From positions 420,001-452,000 of the forward strand of contig CP064967.1 of NCBI GenBank assembly GCA_016699265.1: a stretch of DNA of 32,000 nt, given 5' to 3'. Below are positions 1-9,993 of the stretch, piece after piece. A model generated the notes under the pieces. That model did not search any database. It worked only from the letters and a program-made list of their open reading frames with translations, and was not told the origin of the DNA. The position numbers were made by a program, and so were the translations under genes. Each line of letters starts with the position of its first letter. Within the stretch, counting starts at the first letter, position 1. Source of the stretch: Candidatus Saccharimonadota bacterium. Lineage in GTDB: Bacteria; Patescibacteriota; Microgenomatia; UBA1406; GWC2-37-13.

Positions 1-650
1 TTGATCATCTTTGTTTCGCTGTCGTAGAATCTATAGGTTAGAGGTTTTAGATCTTTTTTATTTGGTGTTAAAACTAATTCAATTACATTATTTTCCTGTC
101 CTAGCTTCATTTTTTTAACTTTATAGTTTCCTACTACGCCATGCAGAGGATAGCGGATTAAAGGCTTTGTTAAATATGTGGGGAAAATAGTCAATGGCCT
201 CTTAAGATTAAATTCAATTTGAAAATCGTCAATTTTTTTAACCTCAACATCCTGAAAATTAAACTCAAGATCTTCTGCAGTTAAAGATTTATTATCATCC
301 CAAATTAGATTTTTTTTAAGATATATATTGAATTTTTTGCCATCTGCACTTCCTTCCCATCGCTGTGCGACTGCAGGCTTCACAACTCCCTGGTTATCTA
401 TATAAACAAGACCATAAGAAATATTGTTCAGAATCTCAGAAGGTAATGAGAGTGGTTCGTAAGATCCAACCATTCCAACGACCCTTGTATCGGTGAGAAA
501 TAATGCGTCAAGCTGGGATGAAAAAGAGAGCAAGCTCAAAATGAACAATAAGCTTAAAAAAAAACTCAAGAAAATCATCTTGTTATGTTTTTTTCCAAAC
601 TCACGTATTAACCAGTAATAGTATCGGAAGGTGTTTCCTTGCTGGGTCAT
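1..650 (-). CDS. ABC transporter substrate-binding protein, family 5 (peptide/nickel type), N-terminal part; the gene runs off the window start
   Basis: Absent from the ORF track because it is open at the edge. My minus-strand translation gives MTQQGNTFRYYYWLIREFGKKHNKMIFLSFFLSLLFILSLL (signal anchor), then GLVYIDNQGVVKPAVAQRWEGSADGKKFNIYLKKNLIWDDNKSLTAEDLEFNF, the typical SBP family-5 N-terminal motif. Start is the ATG at 650, or the in-frame ATG at 578. Confidence 0.65.
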   Translation of the reverse strand, partial: MTQQGNTFRYYYWLIREFGKKHNKMIFLSFFLSLLFILSLLSFSSQLDALFLTDTRVVGMVGSYEPLSLPSEILNNISYGLVYIDNQGVVKPAVAQRWEGSADGKKFNIYLKKNLIWDDNKSLTAEDLEFNFQDVEVKKIDDFQIEFNLKRPLTIFPTYLTKPLIRYPLHGVVGNYKVKKMKLGQENNVIELVLTPNKKDLKPLTYRFYDSETKMI

Positions 651-659
651 TCTAGATTG

Positions 660-881
660 TTAAGTTCGTAAGAATAGATTGATTGCTGAGACTAAAAATA
701 ACACAACGATTAGTATTATCGTAAGACGAAGAGTTATTTTGTCTATTCCTCTTCGAGTATGAAATGTCTCACCACCACCACCCCAAGCACCTCCAAGTCC
801 TCCGCCACGACCTTGGACAAGAATAAGTACTGTAATAGTTATTGATAGAACTATGTTAATAAGAAGGAGTACGTTTCTCAT
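660..881 (-). CDS. secG: preprotein translocase subunit SecG
   Basis: 73 aa. Two hydrophobic helices flank a Gly-rich loop (VQGRGGGLGGAWGGGGETFHTRRG), the usual SecG layout. Confidence 0.85.
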   Translation of the reverse strand: MRNVLLLINIVLSITITVLILVQGRGGGLGGAWGGGGETFHTRRGIDKITLRLTIILIVVLFLVSAINLFLRT

Positions 882-887
882 ATTGTT

Positions 888-896
888 ATTATATCA
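888..896 (-). promoter_or_regulatory. extended -10 box TGATATAAT, 6 nt upstream of the secG ATG (leaderless arrangement)
   Basis: Minus strand reads aatTTGATATAATaacaatATG. Confidence 0.45.
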
Positions 897-942
897 AATT
901 AACCATATATTACGGGTTTAGCGTGTGTAACGCGTAATCGTT

Positions 943-2274
943 TTAATTAACTTGATCGTCCGGTCTATTTGAAGACTCGGGAGTAATAAAAGCTTTATTC
1001 CTTAAGACCGTGTGGTATTTTTTTGCAAATCTATGAGCCTCGTCTCGCATCTGTTGAAGTAAATTTAGCGCTAGATTATTAAGTTTGAGACGCACCGTTG
1101 GAAGATCCTTTATTCCGATTATGAGACGATCTGGATTCTTTGCAATACCGATGATTGGGATCTCTTTAAGCGTTGAGCTTAGAGCCTGTAACCTGAGCAT
1201 TGTTCTGATCTGTGGTTTGCCGCCGTCGATAACCATAAGATTGGGTAGTGGCCACTTATTTTTGAGACGACGTTCAACCGCCTCCTTTAGCATTTCAAAA
1301 TCTCCCTTAGGATTTGATTTTCCAATCTTAAATTTTCTATACTCAGATTTGTTCATCTGTCCGTCGGTAAATACCACCATAGATGCTGTTGAGTTTTGTT
1401 GACTTAAATTACTGACATCATAGCATTCTATTCGCTCCAAGCTGATTAGTTTAGGAAAGTACTGAGAAAGAATATCTTTCAATCCTGATATCATTATTTC
1501 AGAACGATTAAAGGAGTGATTTTCATGGGTTTCAAATAGTCTGTGGGAATAGATATGCTTGAGATGATTAAGAACGTTTCGGTGCTTCATGGCCAGCTCA
1601 TAGTTTTGAGTCTTAGTTTCTTCTTTTATTAATTTAGAGATTTGATTCTCAAGAACGTCCGAGTTACCTGAGAGTACTTTAACTACATTTCGTATGTTCT
1701 TACGGTACCTTCGTTTTTCTTCAGTCGATTTGATTATGTTTGGGCATGGATTACAAAGTCCAATTTTCGAATGGAAGCATGCATGTTTCGAGATTTTCTT
1801 CTGAGTACAGAAAGGGAAGACCTTTCTCAGAGAGCTCAAGATTGTATCGACCACATCTTGAGAAGCGAAGGGTCCAAAATATAATGCTTTTCTATCGCGT
1901 TCTTGCCTGACTGCAAATATCTTTGGATACTCCTCTTTTATCGTTATCTTAATATAAAGATAACTCTTATCATCCATCCACCGTACGTTATATTTTGGCC
2001 GATGAATTTGAATGAGTTTAGATTCGTATAACAATGCATTGAGTTCTGAATCTGTTTGGAACAGTTCAATCTCATCTGCGGTATTAACGTATAGCGCTTC
2101 TTTTCTATCTACTAAAGAGTTTTCAAGATGGCTCAGTAGTCGAGCCTTTACCAGGTTAGATTTACCAATGTAGAGTGGCTTGCCTTTAAGGTTGTAACTA
2201 TACACTCCTGCAAAACCTTTGAGCTTTACGATGTCGATTTTTGTATTTGGGATTTTCCAGTTTGAGTTATCCAT
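943..2274 (-). CDS. uvrC: excinuclease ABC subunit C, compact form lacking the C-terminal (HhH)2 domain
   Basis: GIY-YIG N-terminus (GVYSYNLKGKPLYIGKSNLVKARLLSH), a Cys-rich segment, a UVR-like helix (NYELAMKHRNVLNHLKHI) and the endonuclease domain (IECYDVSNL ... VIDGGKPQ). It ends at 443 aa. The start overlaps the upstream ORF by 8 nt. Confidence 0.9.
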   Translation of the reverse strand: MDNSNWKIPNTKIDIVKLKGFAGVYSYNLKGKPLYIGKSNLVKARLLSHLENSLVDRKEALYVNTADEIELFQTDSELNALLYESKLIQIHRPKYNVRWMDDKSYLYIKITIKEEYPKIFAVRQERDRKALYFGPFASQDVVDTILSSLRKVFPFCTQKKISKHACFHSKIGLCNPCPNIIKSTEEKRRYRKNIRNVVKVLSGNSDVLENQISKLIKEETKTQNYELAMKHRNVLNHLKHIYSHRLFETHENHSFNRSEIMISGLKDILSQYFPKLISLERIECYDVSNLSQQNSTASMVVFTDGQMNKSEYRKFKIGKSNPKGDFEMLKEAVERRLKNKWPLPNLMVIDGGKPQIRTMLRLQALSSTLKEIPIIGIAKNPDRLIIGIKDLPTVRLKLNNLALNLLQQMRDEAHRFAKKYHTVLRNKAFITPESSNRPDDQVN

Positions 2275-4063
2275 GTTTTAGTTGTCTAAGAACTAATAAA
2301 GTCAATATTAAGATTAACAGTACTCCAAATGAAGATACGAAGGCTATATTATAGCCCGTCGGCAAGATCTTAATGTCTTGTTCTGATATATTATCGCCAA
2401 CATGGAAAACTACTTGAGTATTTGTTTTTTTCGTGAAGCGATCTGTCTGCAACTTAATCTGAATATCGACGCTCTGTAAGGGAGCAATGGCCTCGATGGT
2501 CTTTTGGGAGAGGTTAAGCCGTAGACCCTCCCCCGTGGCAGAAAGCGGTACTGCGTACAAGGTAACGTTTCCGGTGTTTAATACAGAGTAGGTAAAGGTA
2601 TTTCCGTCCCCTGCGGTTACGGAATTTTTACCACCCATACGTTTAATAACGAGACTACTCTTAATGTTTGGAACAGTCTCGGCATATGATACAGAAACAA
2701 GTTTGGACTGGTTAGAAGAGCTAAATCTATAAAATCCGGCTGGGTATGGTTCGGAGCTCGATGCTCCTCTGATTACTAAGGCTATGTGGTTTAGATCCAG
2801 AGCAGAAAAATAATCTACCTTTGAGGTGTCTTCCCAGGTAGGATCCACCGCATACCATCGATTCTGAGTAGTGTCGTAGTACTCAGCCCATGAGTGAAGC
2901 ATATCCCCTGACTGAGGTCTAATCTGTTCGTTCGGGGAGAAACCATATCCCACAACCTCTCGAGCATAGAGAGCATTTTGTCGTGCAAGAGAGACGATAA
3001 GTGAGCTATAGTCAAGACAGACCGAGTTTGATGGAGACCGAATAATTTCAGAAAAAGTTTTATGGTTGTACCGAGGAGAGTCGTTGCTTAACTGAGAGTA
3101 GTCGTAGGATAAGGTGGCGAGTACATATGAGTATACGGATTTTATTGATGAAAACCGTGGTGGATTCTGCATTTTTGTAAGAAAAGGCTTGAGCAAGTAG
3201 TGCTTCTGGGATCTAAACAGGTTTCTCTGATAGTTAAGGATGTCCTCTCGAGGAACCGTACCTAAGATAACCTTTGCTTTATACTTTACTTCTTTCTTTT
3301 CTGAGGGGCGAAGTAAGTAGTGACCAAGAACATTTCCATCTGAGTCGATCGTTACGTCGTTTGGTTTCTCGGATATTGAGTCGAGAACAACCTGTTGATC
3401 TATGGTGTCTGGTGGGAATGTTAAGGTTACGTAACCCGGTATAGGTGAAGTGTTTTCAATTTGGTAGGTTAGACCTAGGTCATATTGTTGATTTTTTCCA
3501 AAAAATACTTGTATGGTTTTTCCATTCACCTGATTCCAGGAAAGGGTTTCCCGAGTTCTGGACGAGAACATTGGTTTACTTAAAAGAACCAAGTTCTGTA
3601 ATTCGTTCGGAAGATTAACAGTTACGGAAGAATTAGCGGTGGAGGATGGTAAGAGGGTCGGGATAAGTAGCTCGTAAACGTTTCCTTGTTTCGTAAGCAC
3701 GTTTTCTTGTTTGAAATGAAGAGAGATGTTGAGTATATCCTTTAGGTCTTCGGTGGTGATTAACGGAACAATAATGTTCAACTGATTTTGCTCGAGTGCG
3801 GTTTGTATCGAGACGAGATGGTCATTTACCATCCCCTCAATATCGGTAGCACGAAATCCTGAAGGTAAAGAAATAAGAAACTGCTCCGAAGATTGTTTAC
3901 CGGTAGGATTCTGAAGTTGAATACTGTATCTTACGTCTGCCTGAGTTGATGTATTTGGTGAGGATAAAAAATACTCTGCCTTGTACATGTTCTTTGGACT
4001 CTGGGCGTGAACAGGAAAACTGAGAAGAACTGCAGCAAATACAAAAAATAGTTTCTTAAACAT
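2267..4063 (-). CDS. secreted/membrane-anchored transglutaminase-like (cysteine protease fold) protein
   Basis: Signal peptide MFKKLFFVFAAVLLSFPVHAQ and a C-terminal TM helix (IAFVSSFGVLLILILTLLVL). Transglutaminase-core Cys/His/Asp contexts: NSVCLDYSSL, MLHSWAEYY, WYAVDPTWED. Confidence 0.8.
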   Translation of the reverse strand: MFKKLFFVFAAVLLSFPVHAQSPKNMYKAEYFLSSPNTSTQADVRYSIQLQNPTGKQSSEQFLISLPSGFRATDIEGMVNDHLVSIQTALEQNQLNIIVPLITTEDLKDILNISLHFKQENVLTKQGNVYELLIPTLLPSSTANSSVTVNLPNELQNLVLLSKPMFSSRTRETLSWNQVNGKTIQVFFGKNQQYDLGLTYQIENTSPIPGYVTLTFPPDTIDQQVVLDSISEKPNDVTIDSDGNVLGHYLLRPSEKKEVKYKAKVILGTVPREDILNYQRNLFRSQKHYLLKPFLTKMQNPPRFSSIKSVYSYVLATLSYDYSQLSNDSPRYNHKTFSEIIRSPSNSVCLDYSSLIVSLARQNALYAREVVGYGFSPNEQIRPQSGDMLHSWAEYYDTTQNRWYAVDPTWEDTSKVDYFSALDLNHIALVIRGASSSEPYPAGFYRFSSSNQSKLVSVSYAETVPNIKSSLVIKRMGGKNSVTAGDGNTFTYSVLNTGNVTLYAVPLSATGEGLRLNLSQKTIEAIAPLQSVDIQIKLQTDRFTKKTNTQVVFHVGDNISEQDIKILPTGYNIAFVSSFGVLLILILTLLVLRQLKHG

Positions 4064-4066
4064 GAC

Positions 4067-6943
4067 TTATAAAGCTTTCTTAAGGTATGCGCTGGTGTAA
4101 GATTCCTTTACCGACTTTAATCCTTCAAGCTCCCCCTGATAAATCACTTGACCACCACCATTTCCACCCTCTGGACCAAGGTCGATAATGTACTGACAAT
4201 TTTTTATAACATCCATATTGTGCTCGATTACAACAACTGTATTTCCTTTTGCGACAAGCTCTTCAAGACTTGAGAGTAGTTGTTCGACATCATAGAAATG
4301 TAGTCCTGTAGTTGGTTCATCGAGAATATAGATTGTTCTTCCGGAGTCTCTTCGTGATAGTTCATTGGATAGTTTAATTCTCTGCGCCTCCCCTCCTGAT
4401 AGGGTTGGAGCAGGTTGCCCAAGCTCAATGTAACCGAGTCCTACTTTGTTTAAAAATGATAACTTTTGATGTATTTGGAAATGTGCCTTAAAAAAATCAG
4501 TAGCTTCTTCCACAGTCATTTTTAAAATATCGTAGATCGTTTTATCTTTAAACCTGACCTCAAGTGTCTCTGCATTATATCGTTGTCCCTGACAGACATC
4601 ACAGGTTATATACACATCTGGTAAAAACTGCATTTCAATCTTTATAGATCCACCACCTTGGCACTTTTCACATCTCCCACCCTTTAAATTGAATGAGAAT
4701 CTTCCTTTATTAAATCCTCGCATTTTTGCATCAGATGTTGAGGCGAATAAGTCTCTTATGTCATCAAAAAAACCAACATAAGTTGCGGGATTTGAGCGAG
4801 GTGTTCGTCCAATGGGTGACTGGTCTACAAGGTAGACTCGATCAAGATACTGAAATCCTTCCAATCGATCATACTCCCCCACCGATTCATTGAAGTGTCC
4901 TTCTATATGATATTTAAGAGCGGGGTATAATGTTTCGCCAATGAGTGTAGACTTTCCAGAACCGGATACTCCTGTGATTGCAATGAGATTCCCAAGTGGA
5001 ATAGTTATGTTTACATTTTTAAGATTAAATTGCTTGGCTCCTTTAAGAACAAGTTGTCCTCGTGTACTCTCTAATTTACGACTGTCTAACTGAATCTTCC
5101 TTCTTCCAGAGATATACGCTCCAGTTAAACTATTCTTATCTGCCTTAATATGATCGATCGTACCCTTCGACACAATCTTACCACCATGCTTTCCTGCTTT
5201 TGGACCAAGCTCAACAATATAGTCACCTGACTCAATCGTTTCCTGATCATGCTCAACGACGACAAGTGTATTTCCAAGATCTTTTAGTGAATGAAGTGTG
5301 CTGATTAGTGCCGAAACATCACGAGGGTGAAGTCCGATTGAGGGCTCGTCTAGTACATAAAGCACTCCGGTAAGGCCGGTACCAATTTGGGATGCTAACC
5401 TTATTCTCTGTAACTCTCCTCCCGATAATGTCTTGGCAGATCTAGACAATGTAAGATAACCAAGTCCAACGTTTACCAAGAATGTAAGTCGAATCTCAAT
5501 TTCCTTAAGAATTGTGGACGCAATTTTTGTTTCGAAGTTACTAAACGAGTCTTTAAGAGTTGTACTTATATACTTCACGTACTCCGATATAGATTCTTCA
5601 CCGAAATCTGCAATGTTTTTTGAGTCGATTGTTACCGCAAGTATTTCTTTCTTCAATCTTTTTCCTTTACACGACGGACAGATCTCTTCACGGATATATC
5701 GCTGCATATCCCAGTTTTCGAGCGAGCTATCAGGTCCAAAATATCTTCTCTCAAGTTCTCCAATAACACCATCGAAGGTTTCGTGAATCTCTGTCTGCTT
5801 TCCTTGTCGGTTTGTTCCTTTTACGCTGTATTTCTTATCGGTCCCGTAAAGGAGAATTTGAATCTGGGGTTTAGTAAACTGCTCTAAAGGCTTGTTAATG
5901 TCCAATCCTTCTTCGTCAGCTGCCGTTTTAAGTAGACGAATGTACCAAGTATCTTGGAAGAACATTCTATTGAAAGGAAGAATACCACCTTCTCCGATGG
6001 TCAACTTCTTATTAAGTATAGATTCTGGATCAACTTTATAAATTGTCCCGATGCCTTTACACTGTTCACAGGCACCGTGTGGGGAATTGAAAGAGAACAT
6101 TCTTGGTTCGAGTTCTGGTAGTGAGATATTGCAGTTTGGGCAAGAAAATTTTTCGGAGAAAAGATGCTCATTATGACCGTGCAAAATTACTAGACCTCCT
6201 GATAGGGCCATACTTTGCTCTGTTGCAGATGTTATTCTTACTTTAATCGACTTGAGAAAGTCTGGAGATTTTAGCTGGGAATATGCAAGTGTCAATGTAT
6301 CGATTTCAACGGAAATATCATGCTTGTTTGTTTTTATTAGGGTTAGGTCATCTCCTATCATAAACTTCTTTCCATCAAGCAATAAGTTTTTATATCCCTT
6401 ACTCAAAATATTTGCAAAGAGATCTTTAAACTCTCCTTTCTTAGATCTGATAACTGGAGAATAAATAATAAAGTTTTGTGGTTTTAATTTATTCTTCTGA
6501 AGTTCGTTACTCAACTCAAGAAGCATTTTGTTTACTATTTCATCTAAAGATAATTTGCTGATCTCTCGCCCACAGGTTGGGCAGTGAGGGTGACCAACTC
6601 GAGCAAAAAGTAAACGGAGATAGTCGTAGATTTCGGTTATGGTTCCCACTGTGGAACGAGGGTTATGCGAGGTTGTTTTCTGATCAATGGAAATCGCAGG
6701 TGATAGGCCGTCTATTGAATCAACATCAGGTTTACTCATGATTCCCAAAAACTGTCTCGCATACGCAGAAAGAGACTCAACATACCTTCTTTGACCTTCT
6801 GCATAGATCGTGTCGAAGGCTAGGGATGACTTTCCCGAGCCAGAAACACCTGTGAACACGACCAGTTTATTTTTAGGAAATTCAAGGCTAACATTTTTAA
6901 GGTTATGCTCTCGTGCTCCTTTTACTATTATTTTGTCTAACAT
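4067..6943 (-). CDS. uvrA: excinuclease ABC subunit A
   Basis: 958 aa. Two ABC modules with Walker [10 protein letters not shown] and GVSGSGKST, signature LSGGE twice, and CxxC zinc modules. Confidence 0.97.
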   Translation of the reverse strand: MLDKIIVKGAREHNLKNVSLEFPKNKLVVFTGVSGSGKSSLAFDTIYAEGQRRYVESLSAYARQFLGIMSKPDVDSIDGLSPAISIDQKTTSHNPRSTVGTITEIYDYLRLLFARVGHPHCPTCGREISKLSLDEIVNKMLLELSNELQKNKLKPQNFIIYSPVIRSKKGEFKDLFANILSKGYKNLLLDGKKFMIGDDLTLIKTNKHDISVEIDTLTLAYSQLKSPDFLKSIKVRITSATEQSMALSGGLVILHGHNEHLFSEKFSCPNCNISLPELEPRMFSFNSPHGACEQCKGIGTIYKVDPESILNKKLTIGEGGILPFNRMFFQDTWYIRLLKTAADEEGLDINKPLEQFTKPQIQILLYGTDKKYSVKGTNRQGKQTEIHETFDGVIGELERRYFGPDSSLENWDMQRYIREEICPSCKGKRLKKEILAVTIDSKNIADFGEESISEYVKYISTTLKDSFSNFETKIASTILKEIEIRLTFLVNVGLGYLTLSRSAKTLSGGELQRIRLASQIGTGLTGVLYVLDEPSIGLHPRDVSALISTLHSLKDLGNTLVVVEHDQETIESGDYIVELGPKAGKHGGKIVSKGTIDHIKADKNSLTGAYISGRRKIQLDSRKLESTRGQLVLKGAKQFNLKNVNITIPLGNLIAITGVSGSGKSTLIGETLYPALKYHIEGHFNESVGEYDRLEGFQYLDRVYLVDQSPIGRTPRSNPATYVGFFDDIRDLFASTSDAKMRGFNKGRFSFNLKGGRCEKCQGGGSIKIEMQFLPDVYITCDVCQGQRYNAETLEVRFKDKTIYDILKMTVEEATDFFKAHFQIHQKLSFLNKVGLGYIELGQPAPTLSGGEAQRIKLSNELSRRDSGRTIYILDEPTTGLHFYDVEQLLSSLEELVAKGNTVVVIEHNMDVIKNCQYIIDLGPEGGNGGGQVIYQGELEGLKSVKESYTSAYLKKAL

Positions 6944-7080
6944 ATTTTCATTGACTGGTTTTAGGGTTGTAAGGTTTCAGGTTGAAAAGTTTGTTCTGAG
7001 GTTAATTGGTTAACTAATAAACCGATATAACTTTTAAACAAACATTCTAAACTTTTTAAACTTTCTAAACCTTTAAACTG
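6944..7080 (-). repeat. structured intercistronic element, copy A (uvrB stop to uvrA ATG)
   Basis: Shares TAAACTTTTTAAAC (7048-7061), AACTTTCTAAAC (7059-7070), GTTAACTA (7009-7016), AAGGTTT and CAGGTT, in the same order, with 21575-21695. Confidence 0.6.
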
Positions 7081-9120
7081 TTAACTTTTGATTTGCTTAA
7101 TTTTATCTCTGATTGCAATTGCTAGCTCAAAGTTCATTTGTTCTGCCTGAGTCTTCATCTCACGTTCCAGTTTTTTTATTAGTTTCTTTTTATCTATCGC
7201 AGTATAACTATCTGGATCAATTTCTGCGACAATAGATTCGTCATATGCTATTAATCGCTTATCGTTAAGGATGTCAGTCTCGGTAGCTTCAACAATCTTT
7301 TCTCTAATAGGTTTATAAATAGTTACCGGCGTAATGTTATGCTTTATGTTGTATTCTTTTTGATAGATTCTTCTTCGATTTATTTCATCGATTGCAAGTT
7401 TCATTGAGTTGGTAATTGTATCTGCATATAAAATTACCGATCCAGATGTATTTCTTGCTGCTCTACCCATTGTTTGTATAAGTGATGTTCGAGAACGTAA
7501 GAAACCCTCTTTGTCTGCGTCCAAAATTGCTACGAGAAAAACCTCGGGAAGATCGAGCCCTTCTCTCAGAAGATTTACACCGATTAGCACGTCATAATCC
7601 CCTTTTCTCAGATTTTCAAGAATGGTAGAGCGCTCAAGAGTAATTATATCTGAATGAAGATATTCTGCTCTAACTTTCTTATCCTTTAGATATGAGGCGA
7701 GTTCCTCAGCATTTTTTTTGGTCAGTGTCGTTACGAGTGTTTTTTGTTTCTTTTCAGCACGCCGCTCAAGCTCCTTAATTAAGTCTGGTATCTCATCTTT
7801 TGCTGGACGGATCTCAATCTCTGGATCTGTGATTCCGGTTGGTCGTACGAGTTGTTCGGTTACTCCATTGTATGGATCGGTCCTCTGCATTGCTTCCTGT
7901 TTGGACAGTTCAACCTCCCATTCTGCAGGAGTTGCAGATACGTAAATAAACTTTGAAGGAATATTATAGAACTCTTCGAATTTGAGCGGACGATTATCAA
8001 AGGCAGACTTCAGTCTAAATCCAAAATCAGTGAGAACCTTTTTTCGAGCATAGTCTCCGTTGTACATCCCGCGGATTTGAGACACGGTCATGTGGGATTC
8101 ATCAATTACTACAAGAAAGTTATCGCCGTACTTAAACTTAAAGAAGTCGAGAAGACTGTACGGTTTCTCTCCTGGTTTTCGTTTGTCAAAGTACCTTGAG
8201 TAGTTCTCGATGCCGTTCACATACCCTACCTCCTTAATCATCTCAAGGTCGTAGCTCACGCGTCGAAGAAGCCGCTCCGCCTCAACGATTTTATTTTTAG
8301 CCTTAAGCTCTTCATACTCCTTCTTAAGGTCTGCTCTGATCTGAGGTTCTACAGATTTAACAACTTCTGGGTCAGCTAGATAATGTTTCGCAGGATATAT
8401 AACTGTTGACTTAATTATTTCGGAAGCAACGGTCACACCGGATAACGGCTCAAATAGTTCTATCGAATCTATTAGTCCATTTTTTTGTGAAATCCTAAGT
8501 CCTGTTTCTTCGTAGGCGGGGTAGATATCCATGTAGTTCCCTCGAATTCTAAATGAGCCTCGTTTAAAATCGAACTCAGATCGAGAGTACATAAGCTCAA
8601 TCAATCTTTTAGCTAGAGTATGCCAGTCAGCGGGTGCTCCTACCGATATCTGCATGGTAAAGTTTCGATATTCCTGAGCAGATCCAATGTTGTATATGCA
8701 GGAAACCGAGGATACAACAATAACATCATCTCTAGTTATGATATTTGTTGTTGCCTTTAGTCTCAATTTATCAATCATTTCGTTCACCTCCGCCTCTTTC
8801 TCGATATATGTGTCGGTTGCAGGCATGTAGGCCTCTGGTTGGTAATAGTCGTAGTATGAGACAAAGTAAGAAACTGCGTTGTCAGGGAAAAAATCTCTCA
8901 TCTCCTGATAGAGCTGTCCCGCGAGTGTTTTGTTATGGGAAATAATCAATGTTGGAAGTTGTAACTTCTGGATTACGTTTGCTATGGTGAATGTTTTACC
9001 CGATCCTGTTACCCCAAGAAGTACCTGATTTTTTCGATTCTGCTTAAGACCTTTCACTAATTGATCAATAGCCTGAGGTTGGTCTCCAGTTGGTTTAAAG
9101 TTGGATTTAAGTATAAACAT
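7081..9120 (-). CDS. uvrB: excinuclease ABC subunit B
   Basis: 679 aa. Helicase motif I GVTGSGKT, motif II VIDESHMT, and a C-terminal UVR domain (NFELAIAIRDKIKQIK). Confidence 0.97.
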   Translation of the reverse strand: MFILKSNFKPTGDQPQAIDQLVKGLKQNRKNQVLLGVTGSGKTFTIANVIQKLQLPTLIISHNKTLAGQLYQEMRDFFPDNAVSYFVSYYDYYQPEAYMPATDTYIEKEAEVNEMIDKLRLKATTNIITRDDVIVVSSVSCIYNIGSAQEYRNFTMQISVGAPADWHTLAKRLIELMYSRSEFDFKRGSFRIRGNYMDIYPAYEETGLRISQKNGLIDSIELFEPLSGVTVASEIIKSTVIYPAKHYLADPEVVKSVEPQIRADLKKEYEELKAKNKIVEAERLLRRVSYDLEMIKEVGYVNGIENYSRYFDKRKPGEKPYSLLDFFKFKYGDNFLVVIDESHMTVSQIRGMYNGDYARKKVLTDFGFRLKSAFDNRPLKFEEFYNIPSKFIYVSATPAEWEVELSKQEAMQRTDPYNGVTEQLVRPTGITDPEIEIRPAKDEIPDLIKELERRAEKKQKTLVTTLTKKNAEELASYLKDKKVRAEYLHSDIITLERSTILENLRKGDYDVLIGVNLLREGLDLPEVFLVAILDADKEGFLRSRTSLIQTMGRAARNTSGSVILYADTITNSMKLAIDEINRRRIYQKEYNIKHNITPVTIYKPIREKIVEATETDILNDKRLIAYDESIVAEIDPDSYTAIDKKKLIKKLEREMKTQAEQMNFELAIAIRDKIKQIKS

Positions 9121-9192
9121 GACGTTATTTTTATTTTTTTATTTATTATTTTGTTACATACGTCGCAACCTATAAGTATAGCACGAATAAGG

Positions 9193-9228
9193 CTTGAAAC
9201 ATAGAACTTGAAACATAGAGCTTGAAGC
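9193..9228. repeat. 14-nt tandem repeat, 2.6 copies (CTTGAAACATAGAA / CTTGAAACATAGAG / CTTGAAGC)
   Basis: Read directly in the divergent uvrB/dedA intergenic region. The 12-mer AGAACTTGAAAC (9203-9214) recurs at 31701-31712. Confidence 0.7.
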
Positions 9229-9260
9229 GGCATAACTATGCAGCAATTGAGCTTTGGCCT

Positions 9261-9269
9261 TGATATAAT
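9261..9269 (+). promoter_or_regulatory. extended -10 box TGATATAAT, 5 nt upstream of the dedA ATG
   Basis: ccTTGATATAATttaatATG. Confidence 0.45.
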
Positions 9270-9274
9270 TTAAT

Positions 9275-9991
9275 ATGGATTCTTTAAAGTTTTTACTACA
9301 TCTTGATACCTATCTCGAAAGTATTATTTCCGCCTTCGGCCCACTTACATACGTAATTTTGTTCTTAATTATATTTGCAGAGACAGGATTGGTTGTTACT
9401 CCTTTTCTTCCCGGAGACTCCTTGCTATTCATCGTAGGTACTCTAAGTGGTGGAGGATTCCTTAACATCTGGGTGTCGTACGTGGTCTTACTCGTGGCTG
9501 CGTTTGCTGGAGATACCGCAAACTACTGGATCGGTCATCACTTCGGTCCAAAAGTATTTTCTAAGAAGAACTCAAAGCTATTTAATCCTGAATACCTTGA
9601 AAAAACGAGAACTTTCTATGCTAAGTACGGAGGTAAAACAATTATTTTAGCCCGATTTCTGCCAATCATTCGTACCTTTGCGCCGTTTGTTGCTGGTATC
9701 GGAAAGATGCATTATGGAACATTTGTGCTATATAACATAGTGGGAGCATTTGTATGGGTAACCTTCTTTACCTTTGCAGGATATTTTTTTGGTGGAATTC
9801 CTTTGATCAAAAATAATTTTGAATATGCGGTGGTTGTGATCGTTCTGGTTTCTATACTCCCGGTAGTTTTTGAGTATGTGAAACATAAAATGGCCACCAA
9901 AGGGGGATCTCCCTCTGGGCGAGAAAAGCCTAAGTCGGCAACATTCATAGAGGTTGAGAAAACCTTTAAGAAGGAGCATCTTAATGACTGA
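9275..9991 (+). CDS. dedA: DedA family (SNARE-associated) inner membrane protein
   Basis: Multi-pass membrane protein with DedA motifs VTPFLPGDSLLF and ILARFLPIIRTFAPFVAG. Confidence 0.85.
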   Translation: MDSLKFLLHLDTYLESIISAFGPLTYVILFLIIFAETGLVVTPFLPGDSLLFIVGTLSGGGFLNIWVSYVVLLVAAFAGDTANYWIGHHFGPKVFSKKNSKLFNPEYLEKTRTFYAKYGGKTIILARFLPIIRTFAPFVAGIGKMHYGTFVLYNIVGAFVWVTFFTFAGYFFGGIPLIKNNFEYAVVVIVLVSILPVVFEYVKHKMATKGGSPSGREKPKSATFIEVEKTFKKEHLND

Positions 9992-9993
9992 GT

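Noticed and set aside
1085-1402. Plus-strand ORFs lying inside large minus-strand genes. Examples: 1085-1402, 5514-5786, 6252-6464, 7718-7945, 18318-18719, 23602-23919, 27127-27447, 29985-30206.
   Set aside because: They are antisense shadows of well-conserved genes (uvrC, uvrA, uvrB, topA, atpA, dnaE). They have low-complexity Ser/Phe/Leu-rich translations and no start signals.
9121-9274. LexA/SOS operator upstream of uvrB.
   Set aside because: I found no CTGT-N8-ACAG or CGAAC-N4-GTTCG type palindrome, only the 14-nt direct repeats.
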